Source: Octopus vulgaris
Lineage: Eukaryota
DNA length: 64,000 bases
Direction: 5' to 3'
NCBI GenBank assembly: GCA_951406725.2
Contig: OX597833.1
Coordinates: 65,844,001-65,908,000, forward strand
The notes beneath the pieces are model-generated. The model was not told the DNA's origin. It searched no databases and worked only from the letters and a program-made list of their open reading frames with translations. Shown piece after piece: positions 28,964 to 43,119 of this stretch; position 1 is the stretch's first letter, and every line of letters begins with the position of its first letter. Made by a program: the position numbers and the translations under genes.

Positions 28964-29580
28964 ATGATAGTAATAACACTCATCCTGAACACATACACGT
29001 ACGCTGCATAATTTATTTAAATGTTTAAAAAGATCTTAAATGTCAGAATTTATAAACCTAAATGGGAGTTAATCAAGAGTTAATCAATCTCATAAAAAAA
29101 AACATCACATGGTAATTTACAGTCATGCGCAGCCGGAAATTGAAATTAAAACATTACTAAACTGAGTGATATTAAGCGATTTTTTTTTTAAATATCCATC
29201 TGATGATAGCTATAAGAAAATATCTTATTGACAGGAAACGCTTTCACCAAACGATAAATCAAATACAATCCTAAGATAAAATAAGTAGAAAAATTTTCAT
29301 CCAATGAAACGTATCATGGCAGAATGCTATGATGTTTATTAAGTACGTGGAGTCCTCTGGCGGACAACTGGCACAAGGGTGATAATCATATCTTCATAAT
29401 ATTTGGCAAGTTTAACTTCGAAATCAAAGAATAAATAAGACACGTAGGACATACTTTTTCTCTATTTATTACGAAGGTCTTAAAACTTCAGAGATAACCA
29501 GACGCAGCACCATTCCATTCCTATTAGGGTCCTGATATCAACAGCAATTTACCGCGTCAGTATTCCTCTGTGCATTAAAA

Positions 29581-30140
29581 CGGTGAGCTGGCAGAAACGT
29601 TAGCACGCCGGGCGAAATGCTTAGCGGTATTTCGTCTGGGTTCAAATTCCGCTGAGGTCGACTTTGCCTTTCATCCTTTCGGGGTCGATAAATTAAGTAC
29701 CAGTTACGCACTGGAGTCGATCTAATCGAATTAATCCATTTGTTCTGTCCTTGTTTGTCCCCTCTGTGTTTAGCCCCTTGTGGGTAGTAAAGAAATAAGT
29801 ATTTCGTCTGCCGTTACGTTCTTAGTTCAAATTCCGCCGAGGTTGACTTTGCCTTTCATCCTTTCGGGGTCGATAAATTAAGTACCAGTTACGCACTGGA
29901 GTCGATCTAATCGAATTAATCCATTTGTTCTGTCCTTGTTTGTCCCTTCTGTGTTTAGCCCCTTGTGGGTAGTAAAGAAATAGGTATTTCGTCTGCTGCT
30001 ACATTCTGAGTTGAAATTCCGCCAAGGTCGACTATGCCTTTCATCCTTTCGGGGTCGATTAAATAAGTACCAGTTACGCACTGTCTGTCCTTGTTTGTCC
30101 CCTTTATGTTTAGCCCCTTGTGGGCAATAAAGAAATAAGT
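29581..30140 (+). mobile_element. SINE family A trimer with 14-bp TSD
   Basis: Head plus three units. AGTATTCCT(C/G)TGTG at 29559-29572 and 30138-30151. Confidence 0.92.
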
Positions 30141-31227
30141 ATTCCTGTGTGTCCGTGCAGTCTGTAAAATTTGTGGCTTGTGTTAATGATTTTACTGCCT
30201 TCTCCTCGATAGAAATTTATACCTCATTCTTTCCTTCCCACCTTCCCTTCTTCCTACCAACTCTTTCTCTATTCTGGTAAACTGTATAAACAGAGCCATC
30301 CTTTTTTCTTATTTCCTACTAACAATTAATCACATGGTCACGTGGGTTTTTTTATTTAACTTGTCGTTTGTGCTGCGGCGAAAGTGTTGAATAATTCACT
30401 TGTTTCCACGTGACGATATAAATATCTCGGAAGTAATCGGACCTGAGGATTAGCTAAAGAGGTTTTGTGTGCGTTAAAAGTTACGTAACAAACATTGTTA
30501 AGCCACGAAACATATGTAAACTTTATTTATCTTTACCATCCCTTACATTTGAGATTTTTATACGAATATTTAACAATTTTACAACGTAAGCCGAGAGTTG
30601 CATGGTGACTGTCAGCTTACCGAAATTTCCTTTGATTTCAATACTTGGAGAAGTATATAAGATACGATGGCTACGAAATTCTATCGTACAAGTTCTATCT
30701 TTTGTCACTTATACTAGTTGTGTAAATGTTTGAAGGTTACTGACAACCTTTATCAAGATCTTTTGTCTCATACTTCCCTACAACTATATATATATATATA
30801 TATAAATGTGTGTGTGTATGTGTGTATGTATGTATGTATGCATGTATGTATGTATGTATGTATGTATGTATGTATGTAGGTATGTAGGTAGGTAGGTAGG
30901 TAGGTATGTATGTATGTAGGTAGGTAGGTAGGTAGGTAGGTAGGTAGGTATGTAGGTAGGCAGGCAGGTAGGTAGGTAGGTAGGTAGGTTTATATAATAT
31001 TTTATATGATATTTATATATCTATGTGTGTATGCGTGTGTGCGAATATGTAGGTATAAAAACAAAACATTCAGGAACAATAACATGCATATATGTGTGTG
31101 TGTGTCTGTAAGAGAGAGAGTGTGTGTGTGTGTGTCTGTGTGTGTGTGTGTGCAAATATATATATATATAAGTATAAAAATCAACTTTCAGGAACAATAA
31201 TAATTATATATATATATATATATATAC

Positions 31228-31304
<77 letters not shown>

Positions 31305-31772
31305 TAGAGGCAGATATACAGACAGCCAGACAGACTAATATATAGATAGGTAGATAGCTATCTAAATATACAGAGCGAAAGACAGACATTGGGGAATCAT
31401 GTGACGCTCTTCGTTGTTCAGATGCTAATATTTCTCTCCGTTTCTGCTCTCGTCTCTCTAAATTGTGGAAGCCAACTCAAAGACACTCGGACTACAGCTA
31501 CCGAAACCTTTAAACAAACATTAATCAATTTAGTCGTCTGTCCATATCCAACATAGAAATACTTATATTCACATACACGCCATGCCTAACATTGATCTAC
31601 ATTGTGACGCCATCGCTCGCATTCCGGAGATCTCTCTCCGGATATTACACACGGTCTCCTTTACACGTATCTGTCACGTACTTTTCTGGATTGCTTTCCT
31701 TCCTGACTTCAGCTCTTCCGTTTATTTATACACTGTTGCTATTATAGCATTCATGCCAATCATACAATTAAT

Positions 31773-32272
<500 letters not shown>

Positions 32273-32697
32273 GCGCTTATATATAATACTTCCTTCCATA
32301 CGATGTCGTCCTACTTTCCTTTCGGTATTCATTTCTTCTTTATATTTCGCTATTCTGTCGTTCTTCTGCTATTCCCGTTGTTCTTTGTCGTACGACATTC
32401 TTATGCCCAATATAAATAGATGAGTGGGATTCTGTTGGTGTATAAATTGAAATATTTCAATAAAAATGAGAAAGCCAATGTTTATATATTTATACATATA
32501 TATACAGACACACATACACGCAAACACATGCACTCACACACATACACGCGCGTGTGTGTGTGTGTGTGTGTGTGTGTAAAACCCCATAAAACTGTTGTTA
32601 CAAGTTGGTATCGTTAGGCAGTAACCGCATAATAAAATAGTTTCTGTTTACGAGTACTCAAAAACGTTTTCCGTAAACGAATTTAAAGGATACATAC

Positions 32698-32733
<36 letters not shown>

Positions 32734-32831
32734 CGTTATGAACGCAAGAGGTTTATGTCTATGTATTGTGACAAAATGGTTGTGCGTATTTTTTTACCTT
32801 TTTATTTTTTTATATTTTATTTTTCTACATA

Positions 32832-32935
32832 TTAGAGTAACTTCCCTTTTATTCAACCGCTTTTCATTGTGTATGTTGCCGTTAATAGCTGATGAGAGTG
32901 CATCGTAGCTCTTCGCTCCGACATTCGAAACTCTT
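32832..32935 (+). mobile_element. family P1 pLTR fragment with hammerhead core
   Basis: CTGATGAG (32889)...CGAAACTC (32933); homologous to the reverse complement of 2090-2200. Confidence 0.55.
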
Positions 32936-33403
32936 TTTACTGTTTCTATATAAATTATTCTTTCTCACTTTCTCGAGCGTCAAAGTAATGCATCTGCTGG
33001 TGTTCATACACCTATCTTCATCATTTGTTTTTCTGTAAATTTTCACTAAATATAAATATATAATAGTAGTGGTCAAGGTATGTCAAAGGTTAGTAGAATT
33101 AGCGATTGGAATAAACGTCTAAGGGATAAGAAAATCCGTTTTTACTACCGGTATAAAGTACTTGTTAAACCTGGGCATATTTTGCTCATGGGATACAGGC
33201 AATAACAAAAATGAACAAGAGTTTATCACAAATCAAATTTGAATTAAGCAAGAAAATGGAGAAATTCTTGATCAACAACAAATTGACTACCATCGATTAT
33301 TACTCTTTAATACGAAACTTTATCCCATCTAACAGCTGTTTCTGTTTCCAATGTCCCTATTCTGTAGCACATCCGATCTGGTACATGAAGCTTCATCTGA
33401 GTG

Positions 33404-33506
<103 letters not shown>

Positions 33507-33585
33507 GTAGGTAGGTAGGTAGGTAGGTAGGTAGGTATGTAGGTAGGTAGGTAGGTAGGTTGGTAGGTAGGTAGGTAAGTAGGTA

Positions 33586-33817
33586 AGGCGGCGAGCTTGC
33601 AGAAAAGTTAGCACGCCGGGCGAAATGCTTAACAGTATTTCGTCTGCCGCTACGTTCTGAGTTCAAATTTCGCCGAGGTCGACTTTGCTTTCATCCTTTC
33701 GGGGTCGATTAAATAAGTACCAGTTACGCCCTGGGGTCGATGTAATCGACTTAATCAGTGTGTCTGTCCTTGTTTGTCCCCTCTGTGTTTAGCCCCTTGT
33801 GGGTAGTAAAGAAATAG
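33586..33817 (+). mobile_element. SINE family A monomer inside (GTAG)n
   Basis: Complete head to AAAGAAATAGG tail. Confidence 0.92.
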
Positions 33818-34324
33818 GTAGGTAGGTAGGTATGTAGGTAGGTAGATAGGTAGGTATGTAGGTAGGTAGATAGGTAGGTAGGTAGGTAGGTAGGTAGGTA
33901 GGTAGATAGGTAGGTATGTAGGTAGATAGGTAAGTAGGTAGGTAGGTAGGTAGGCAGGTAGGTAGGTAGGTAGGTAGGAAGGTAGTTAGGTAAGTAGGTA
34001 TGTAGACAGACAGATATTTTAGAATTTCTAACATTTACATGTATATTTTTGATAATTCTGAACAAGACATAATACTCGTATATTCACCAAAGAATAATAA
34101 TTTTTTTCTTATTTTTTCTCATAAATACTTGATAAATTTTCCCAATGTAAACGATTTACCAAAACATATCGAAACACGAAAACATATTACAAACAAAATA
34201 TATGAATCCAATTCTGTCTTTTGGAAAAGTAAATTATAATATATATATATTCTCAGTTCTGACTGTAATAATTTTTTTTAGTTGTAATATCTACATGTTG
34301 TTTCCATACAATGAAACCACAGTT

Positions 34325-34327
34325 GTA

Positions 34328-34364
<37 letters not shown>

Positions 34365-34376
34365 TAATAATAATAA

Positions 34377-34418
<42 letters not shown>

Positions 34419-34439
34419 TGATGACGATGATGATGATGC

Positions 34440-34478
<39 letters not shown>

Positions 34479-34532
34479 TAATAAAAATAATAATAAAAAT
34501 AATAATAATGATGATGACGATGATGATGATGC

Positions 34533-34627
<95 letters not shown>

Positions 34628-34650
34628 ATAATAATAGTAATAATAATAAT
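34325..34650. repeat. (AAT)/(GAT)/(AGT) triplet tract
   Basis: Seen directly. Confidence 0.95.
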
Positions 34651-34930
34651 TGTAATGTGGATAACCGTAGGAGTTATTTCTGTATCTTTAATCTAACGAT
34701 TGATAAGATTAGAGGCCGCTCAAATAAATTCAGTATATAAGAATTTTAACTTTTCATGTTGTGTTTGTTTCTATTTGATTTGTAAATCTGGTTGGTAAAG
34801 AGTTGGTTGTAAAAATATGCTCTTATTAGTTGTTGGTTTATGGAAACACTAGCACGCGCGCGCTCGCGCGTGTGTGTTTTAGTAAAAATAATGAGTCCTA
34901 CAAGTTATATTTTGTTTCGTCCGCATAGAC

Positions 34931-35132
34931 CAGTGGTTTTCAACCAGGGTTCCGCCAATACAGTCCAAAGGTTCCGCAAGAAGTTACAAAACTGCTAAAA
35001 TCGGCAGTAATTTTTAATTCTCCTGTGCAGATATGTGTGCATTAAGACTATTAAATTATTGCACAGGGGTTCCTCGAGCCAGTGGAATGTTTCCTTGGGG
35101 TTCCGCTCCAGCAAAAAGGTTGAAAAGCACTG
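34931..35132. mobile_element. hAT (Buster/Charlie-type) MITE, 202 bp
   Basis: TIRs CAGTGGTTTTCAACC / GGTTGAAAAGCACTG (14/15). Perfect 8-bp TSD GCATAGAC at 34923-34930 and 35133-35140 with central TA. Subterminal GGGTTCC repeats. Confidence 0.93.
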
Positions 35133-35315
35133 GCATAGACACACAAACACGAACAGAAACATATACATATATAGAATCTAGCAAACCAGATACAAAAGCA
35201 AAGAATAATATACATATGCATATAAATCATCATCATCATCGTTTATACATACTGGCACGGGTTGGACGGTTTGACGGAGGACTAATTTGTATATATTTAT
35301 GCATGTGTGTGTGTG

Positions 35316-35385
<70 letters not shown>

Positions 35386-35404
35386 TGTGTGTGTACATAC
35401 AAAC

Positions 35405-35516
35405 AAAAATAGCCTGTTGTTGATGTTGAAACTCCAATGAAGGAACATTGGATCTAGGTTAGAAACCAGTTCTTTCTCTGTTGGCAAGAAATCTTGAAAT
35501 AAACTGAATAGTGGCA
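35405..35516 (+). mobile_element. family E 3'-UTR fragment ending in (CATA)n
   Basis: CCAATGAAGGAACATTGGATCTAGGTTAGAAACCAGTTCTTTCTC...GAAATAAACTGAATA followed by CATA repeats. Confidence 0.7.
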
Positions 35517-35969
35517 TACATACATACAGACATACATACGTACAGACAAACATGCATACATACACAGACATACATACACATACATACATGCGTACATACA
35601 TACATACATACATACATACATACATACATACATACATAAATTCACAACAGTTTTCTTTCACTTTCCATTTACGAAATCCACTCACAAGGCTTTGATCGTC
35701 TCGCGGCTATATCACAAGATACTTGCCTAAGGATTCCACGCAGCAGGACGCAGTTGGCAAGTTTCTAATCATAAACCTGATTCGGCAGAGTTTGTTAACC
35801 GGGGGTTAAATAAGAAGAACAACAACAACAACAAATTTGAAAACCAGGATTCCTCCAATGGAAGCGGTAGTTGGCCAATATTGGTTAGCCCCAAGAAGTT
35901 CCAGAAATGTTGAGTTAGCCATTGTGAGACACATCCGTGTACGCGTCTGTAGTTGAGTGTGTGTGTGTT

Positions 35970-36071
<102 letters not shown>

Positions 36072-36094
36072 TGTGTATGTATGTATATAGGGAG

Positions 36095-36135
<41 letters not shown>

Positions 36136-36587
36136 TATGTATATATATATATATATACATATGTTTGTATGTATGCATGTATGTACGTATTCATGTGTAT
36201 ACGTGTATGCATTCTGTTATATGTAAGTGTGTAATGGTGTACATATATTTCTATATAGATTTATGTGTATACATCTGTGTGCGTGTTCATGCATATGTGT
36301 GTATATGCATGACAGGATGCGTTTATTTTCATGTTCATCAACGTGTGTATATGTGTACGTGTGCATAGATATGCTCTGTATATATGCGTATGAGGTTTTG
36401 TATTTGTATGTATATATGTGATTGTGTGTGTTTGCTGTACGTATGTTTATATGTGTATATACGGTTACGTGTTTTGTATGAGTGCGTTTCTGTATGATAG
36501 TGTGCGTATGACTAAGTGGGTGCGACCGAGAGTTTGTATGAGTATGTATGTGCGTGTGCGTGCGTGTGATCAGTAGCTTGCTTATCA

Positions 36588-37409
36588 ACTGTTGCCATAG
36601 TAACGAAGTTAAAGCACGCTTGACACAGTTTGACCTTCAACTAAGTTTTAGCGTTCTAGCTCACTTCCGCTATTTACAGCAGTGCTTGGAAGGAAAGTGT
36701 GTAGTGTGTGATCGTCGCATTGACCATGACAGGGGAAGTTGAGCAGAGATTCCGCATCAAATTTTGTCAAAATCTTGGCGATACCTACTTAAAGGCCTAT
36801 GCAATGATTTCAAAAAGTTTTCACTGTTCTTGACACAATGAAGGAGATCTTGGGCAACTGAGACCCGAGTGTCTTTTTGCTCAGCTGAAAGCAGTTTTGA
36901 CACAAACTTGGCAGACACGCGTCTCATACCCAAATCTTCAGTGATAATGGACTGAACTGAACCGTAATAATCTGCACATTCTTTGATAACTCACGGATAG
37001 TGATTCGACGATTTCTCCTCACAGCTGCACGCACATCTGCGGTGTTTTTCTCAGTTTCTGCTGGTTCAGGGTCTCCCAGAAAATTCATCAATATCGACAT
37101 GTTTTCGGCCATCTTGGAAGCATCTGTGTCACCCATACACTTGTGTGCAGCTCATACACTCCTCTCCATACACTTTCTGCAACTTTACATAGGCCCCTGA
37201 GCAGATATCCCCATGACAACTTTCGACGATTACTAGCTACACACCTTCCTTCCAAGAGTTGCTGTAAACAGCGGAGGTGAGTTAGAATGTTAAAACTTAG
37301 TGCGCATGCACAACAAAGTTCAAGGTCAATCTTTGCCCAACAGTTTTACGCTGCGTGCTTTAGTTTCGTTACTATGGCAACAGTCCGGATACTTATTGAT
37401 CAGACCTTG
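36588..37409. mobile_element. Defective mariner built from two inverted 5' ends
   Basis: Minus strand: TA-CAAGGTCTGATCAATAAGTATCCGGA end at 37409, 5' UTR, and transposase N-terminus (KVYGEECMS...FQDGR...SGRP...RRITIREL...LGMRRVSAKFVSKLL). Plus strand: homologous 5' UTR from 36588 and MTGEVEQRFRIKFCQNLG from 36726. Confidence 0.85.
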
Positions 37410-37839
37410 TATATATACTTCCACTCTTTCTTCCTCTTTCTCTTGTACTTGTATTTCAAAGGGCCAGCCTTGTCACACTCCGTGTCACGCTGAATCTCAC
37501 CCGAGAACTACGTTAAAGGTCTGTGGAGTGCTCAGCCACTTGCATGTTAACTTCATGTTGATCGGCTGTTCCGTTGATCGGATCAACTGGAACCCTCGTC
37601 GTCGCAACCGACGGAATGCCACGATATATTCGCATATCTACACATTCACACACGGTCACACAGACGCACATAAAGAGACACAGGTATGCGTACTTATGCA
37701 CACAGATACACACACGTAGATATACACACAGATTAATCCTATATACACACAAACAGACATATAGATGCATACAAGCACGCACATACACACACACTGGACA
37801 CACTGACACACACAAAAACTCTCACATATGCACATAAAC

Positions 37840-38149
37840 ACAGACACACATACACACATATAGACATATATTCATACCCACACGCACGCACATACACATA
37901 CATTCACACCCACCGCCACATGCATATACACACAAACACACATATATACGCACAAACATAAACATACTGTTACACACATACGCACACAGTCTCTTACACG
38001 CACACATACACACACACACACACACACATATATATATGTATACATACACAGACACATGGATACACAAACGCACGCGTACACACAAACACACACACTGGTC
38101 ACACACATTCACACACACATAGACACATATTCATACCCACACGCACACA

Positions 38150-38183
<34 letters not shown>

Positions 38184-38950
38184 TACAAACACATTGACAC
38201 ACACAAACACACGCACATATGCATATAAACACACAGACACACATACACACACATAGACACATATTCATACCCACACGCACTTACACACACACACACACAC
38301 ACGCACACATACACACAAACACATTGACACACACAAACACACGCACATATGCATATAAACACAGACACACATACACACACATAGACATATATCCATACCC
38401 ACACGCACACACTTACACACATACATACACACTGGACACACTGACACACACAAACACGCACATATGCATATAAACACAGACACACATACACACACACACA
38501 CACATATTCATACCCACACGCACACACTTACACACACACACACACACGCACACATACACACAAACACATTGACACACACAAACACACGCACATATGCATA
38601 TAAACACAGACACACATACACACACACATAGACATATATTCATACCCACACGCACACACACACTTACACACACACAATCACATACACACACATAGACATA
38701 TATTCATACCCACACGCACGCACACACTTACACACACACAATCACATACACACACATAGACATATATTCATACCCACACGCACGCACACACACACTTACA
38801 CACACATACACACACATAGACATATATTCATACCCACACACACACATTGACACACACATACGCACACATAGACATATATTCATACCCACACGCACACACT
38901 TACACACACATACACACACTTACACACACACACACACATACAATCACACC
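37840..38950. repeat. CA-rich higher-order minisatellite
   Basis: Motif TATTCATACCCACACGCAC recurs ~10 times at ~130-bp and then ~60-bp spacing. Confidence 0.85.
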
Positions 38951-39319
38951 CACCGCCGTGTTTATCGCTCTTCACAATATCGATCTTTGCTGTGTAACCC
39001 AATCAGATACGTAACCATAGCAACCTTCCATTGAACACTGTTCGCTTGATTTGGTTATATTCCATTGATTTACTTATTTATTTGTTTGTTCTACGCACTC
39101 CTTCCCCCACCCCCTCCGCCGCCCTTCACTCGCCACCTACTCCCACTTCTCCTCTTGCACTCCCTCCTCCTCCTCCTTCGTCTTGTGTTTCTTTTCTTTT
39201 CTTCTTTTTTTCCTCTTCTATCTTTTTTTTATTTATTTATTTATTTATTTGCTTTTTTTTTCATTTGGCGGGAATATTTGGGGAATCACGCGATCAATAA
39301 TTGATGATATGGTTCGGTA

Positions 39320-40760
39320 TGGGTGGTGGTGGCGGCGGTGGTGGCGATGGCTGTGGTGGTGGTGGTGGCGCTGGTGGGGGTGATGGGGGGTGGCATTTGT
39401 TGTGAGGGGTGGGGGGTGTTAGTATTGTTATATAAGTTGGTACTGGTTTCAGTGGTGGGGCAGCGGTGATGGTGGTGATATTGGTAGAGGCGCTGGTGGT
39501 GGTGGTGGTGGTGGTGGTGGTGGTGATGTTGTTGTTGTTGGTAGTGGTGTTGGTGGTCGTGATAATGGTGGCGAAAGCAGTGGTAGTGATGGTGGTGTTA
39601 GTGGTGGTGGTGGTGGTGGTGGTGGTGGTGGTGGTAGTGGGTCGGTTGTGGACATGGTGGTAGTGTTTTATTGCTGACGGTGGTGGTGGTGGTAGTGGGT
39701 CGGTTGTGGACATGGTGGTAGTGTTTTATTGCTGACGGTGGCGGTGGTGGTGATGGTGGTGATATTTTTGTTGTTGTTGGTAGAGGCGCTGATGGTGGTG
39801 ATAATGGTGGCGAAGGCAGTGGTGGTGATGTTGGTGATGGTAGTGGTGGTGGTGTTTTGTGATGGTTACGATATTGGTATCCACAACGCTGGTTGTTGTG
39901 ACAGTGGTGATGGCGGCGGCGATGGCAGTGGTGATCGTGATAGCGGCGGTGGTGATGGTGATGGTGGTGGTGGTTGTGGTGGTAGTGGAGAGGGGGTGGT
40001 AGTGGAGAGGGGGTGTTATCTTTAGTAGTGGCATAAGTTAGCCCTGATTTCAATGATGATGTTCATTGTGTTGATAATGGTGTTGGTGGTAGTATGGTGG
40101 TGGTGCTAACTATGGTAATGCTACAAATGATGATGGCGGCCATGCTATTTGTGGTGTTGGCGGTGGTGGTGATGGTGGTGTTGGTAGTGGTGTTGACTGG
40201 CGGTGGTTGTGGTGGTGGTCATTGTTGTGGTAGCTGTAGTAGAGGTGTTGATGGTGATGGTGGTGGTTGTGGTGGTTATGGTGATAATGTTGGTGGTGGT
40301 GATGGTGGTGACTATGCCGGTGGTTGTGGTGGTGGTGGTGGTGGTCATGGTTGCGGTAGCTGTAGTAGCGGTGCTGATGGTGATGGTGATGGTGGTGGTG
40401 GTGTTGGTTGGTGATGCTGGTAGAGTTGGCCTTGAATGGTGGCGGAAATGCTGGTGATAATGGCCTACATGGCATTGGTGGTGATAATGATGGTGATAAT
40501 AGTGATGGTAGTGACGATACTGGGTGACGTTGGCGGCGGTGGTGGTGGTGCTGCTGCTGCTGCTGCCGGTGATGGTTATAGTGGTGTTGGCTCGTTATGA
40601 TGATGGGGATGATGGTGATAGGGGTGATGATGGTCATGGTTAAAGTGGTGTTGGCTCGTTGTTGTTGTTGTTGTGGTGGTGGTGGTGGTGGTGGTCGTCG
40701 TCGTCGTCGTGTTGGTCGTGGTCGTGGTGGTGGTCGTGGTGGTGGTGGTGGTAGTGTTAT
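39320..40760. repeat. degenerate (GGT)n tract with internal duplications
   Basis: GGTAGTGGGTCGGTTGTGGACATGGTGGTAGTGTTTTATTGCTGACGG occurs twice, ~58 bp apart (~39633, ~39691). Confidence 0.9.
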
Positions 40761-41572
40761 TGTAATAGCTGATAGCATAAAAGTTTTGCAGCCTGTTTTA
40801 GACACGACACAGGCCAGGAGTTTACTCACCACACATCCGATCAAATGTATCCCAACCATGACCATCCTGACTGTTTACGGGTGGTGGACAAACTGCTGGA
40901 CAAACACGAGTGGTGGACAACCACGCTGGACAAACTGCTCAGCGGCATTTAGCTCGTCTTTACATTGTAGGTTCAAATTCCACCTAGGTCGACTTTGACA
41001 TTCACCTCTTCGAGATCGATAAAATAAGTACCAGCTGAATACTGGGGTCGACGTAATCGACTATTCCCTTCCGACCAAACTTCCGACCTTATGTTTTTAG
41101 TAAGAAAGAACATTAGAATTTCACAAACAACTTGTTTTGGACAAAAGAACTTCACCGATTTATATTTTCGGTTCAATTCCCCCCGTTCATGGCGTCTTTT
41201 CCCTTTTATCATTCCGTGATCAATAAAATGAAATCCCTGGCAAAGACTGACATTCCAGTAATAAACTATCCCTTTATTATCCTTCGCCTGAATCCCAATT
41301 TGTATCCCTGGAAGAAGCCTCAATTAATGTTGTGAACGCGGCATTTTCTGCGTAAAGGGTAGCGCAAAAGCCACTTAAGTTTTTAATAGAATGATTCATG
41401 AAATTAACCCTTTAGTTATATTTCGGTGGGCATTTTAGATTTATTTTGAATTAATTGTGGAAATATAACTTCCTGTACGGTTTCCTTTTCGATCTTCACA
41501 GAATCTTTTAACGTTATAAACGGCAATTGGCATTTTTGCGTCCCTCTGCATTTTAATGGTTTTAGAGATATA

Positions 41573-41773
41573 TATTTCTTTACTACCCACAAGGAGCTAA
41601 ACACAGAGGGGACAGACAAACGGATTAAGTCGATTACATTGACCCCAGTGCGTAACTAGTACTTAATTTATCGACCCCGAAAGGATGAAAGGCAAAGTCG
41701 ACATCGGCGGAATTTGAACTCAGAACGCAGCGGCGGACGAAATACCGCAAAGCATTTCGCCCGGCGTGCTAGC
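41573..41773 (-). mobile_element. SINE family A monomer, 5'-clipped
   Basis: Matches the family A consensus. Confidence 0.9.
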
Positions 41774-42112
41774 GATGACGTCCAGTTGGTAGTAGTTTTT
41801 CTGACTCTATCCATGAGTTCAAGTCCTACCGACGTCAACTTTGCTTTGGAATCTTTCGGTGTTCATTAAAAAAAAAAGCTAGAAGAGAGAAACTAATCTA
41901 AGCCAGTGAATTGACGGACTTGTCAGAAAGTCGGACAAGATGCCAAGCAGTATCTGATCCTGCACTTTCTGTCCTAAAGTCAACAAATGCAAAACCATTA
42001 ATCCTGAGCTGTATCGACGCTGAATTTGGAGTCCTTCTCTTGTGAAACATAGGCGGCATACATATGGAAGCGTAACTCCATTCTACCAGAGAATAAACGG
42101 ATTCAAATACAT

Positions 42113-42404
42113 GGACGCAGGCGAGGCTGTGTGGTAAGAGTTCAAATTCCGCTAAGGTCGACTAAGGAGGCGAGCTGACAGAAACGTTAGCACACGTTCT
42201 GAGTTCAAATTCCGTCAAGGTTGACTTTGCCTTTCATCCTTTCGGGGTCGATTAAATAAGTACCAGTTGCACATTGGGGTCGATACAATCGACTTAATCC
42301 GTTTGTCTGTGCTTTTTTTCCCCCTCCGTGTTTAGCCCCTTGTGGGCAATAATGAAATAAGAAGCTTGCTTCTCAACCACATGGTTCCGGGTTCAGTTCC
42401 ACTG
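42113..42404 (+). mobile_element. SINE A copy nested in a SINE B head
   Basis: B head GGCTGTGTGGTAAGA breaks at ~42139 and resumes AGCTTGCTTCTCAACCACATGG at ~42363; family A sequence lies between. Confidence 0.8.
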
Positions 42405-42419
42405 AGAGACGACAACGGC

Positions 42420-42551
42420 GATGATTATGGTTGATGATGATGATGATGATGAGGAGGAGGAGGAGGAGGAGGATGAAGTGATGATAATGATGATGGTGAT
42501 AATGATGATGGTGGTGGTGGTTGTGGTGATGATGATGATGATGAAGATGAA

Positions 42552-42584
<33 letters not shown>

Positions 42585-42613
42585 GATGATGATGATGACG
42601 ATGATGATAATGA

Positions 42614-42644
<31 letters not shown>

Positions 42645-42674
42645 TGTGGTGATGATGATGATGATGAAGATGAA

Positions 42675-42709
<35 letters not shown>

Positions 42710-42797
42710 CGATGATGATGATGACGATGATGATAATGATGATGATGATGATGATGACGATGATGATGTTGATGATGATGATGATGATGACGATGAC

Positions 42798-42836
<39 letters not shown>

Positions 42837-42940
42837 AATGATGATGGTGATAACGACGACGACCACGACCACGACGATGATGATGTTGGTGATGAAGATG
42901 ATGATGATGACGATGATGATGATGATGATGATGATGATAT
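42420..42940. repeat. (GAT)n tract
   Basis: Seen directly; source of the poly-M/I ORFs. Confidence 0.95.
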
Positions 42941-43119
42941 TTAGTAACAGTTGAATAATGGCAAGCAGGCAGGTCTGCTGGCAGGCAGGCTCCGACAATT
43001 TGACTTTAGAGGACGATATTGGTAAATAATTCAGTGTTGAATAATAAATCTCATTTGCCGATCGATGAAATTCACGGAAAAATCAATAACTAAGAAGGAG
43101 AGATTACAGTAAAGATTGT

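Noticed and set aside
29200-29247. CTGATGA...ATAAGA/TCTTAT...GAAACGC hammerhead candidate
   Set aside because: Stem I and stem III do not pair.
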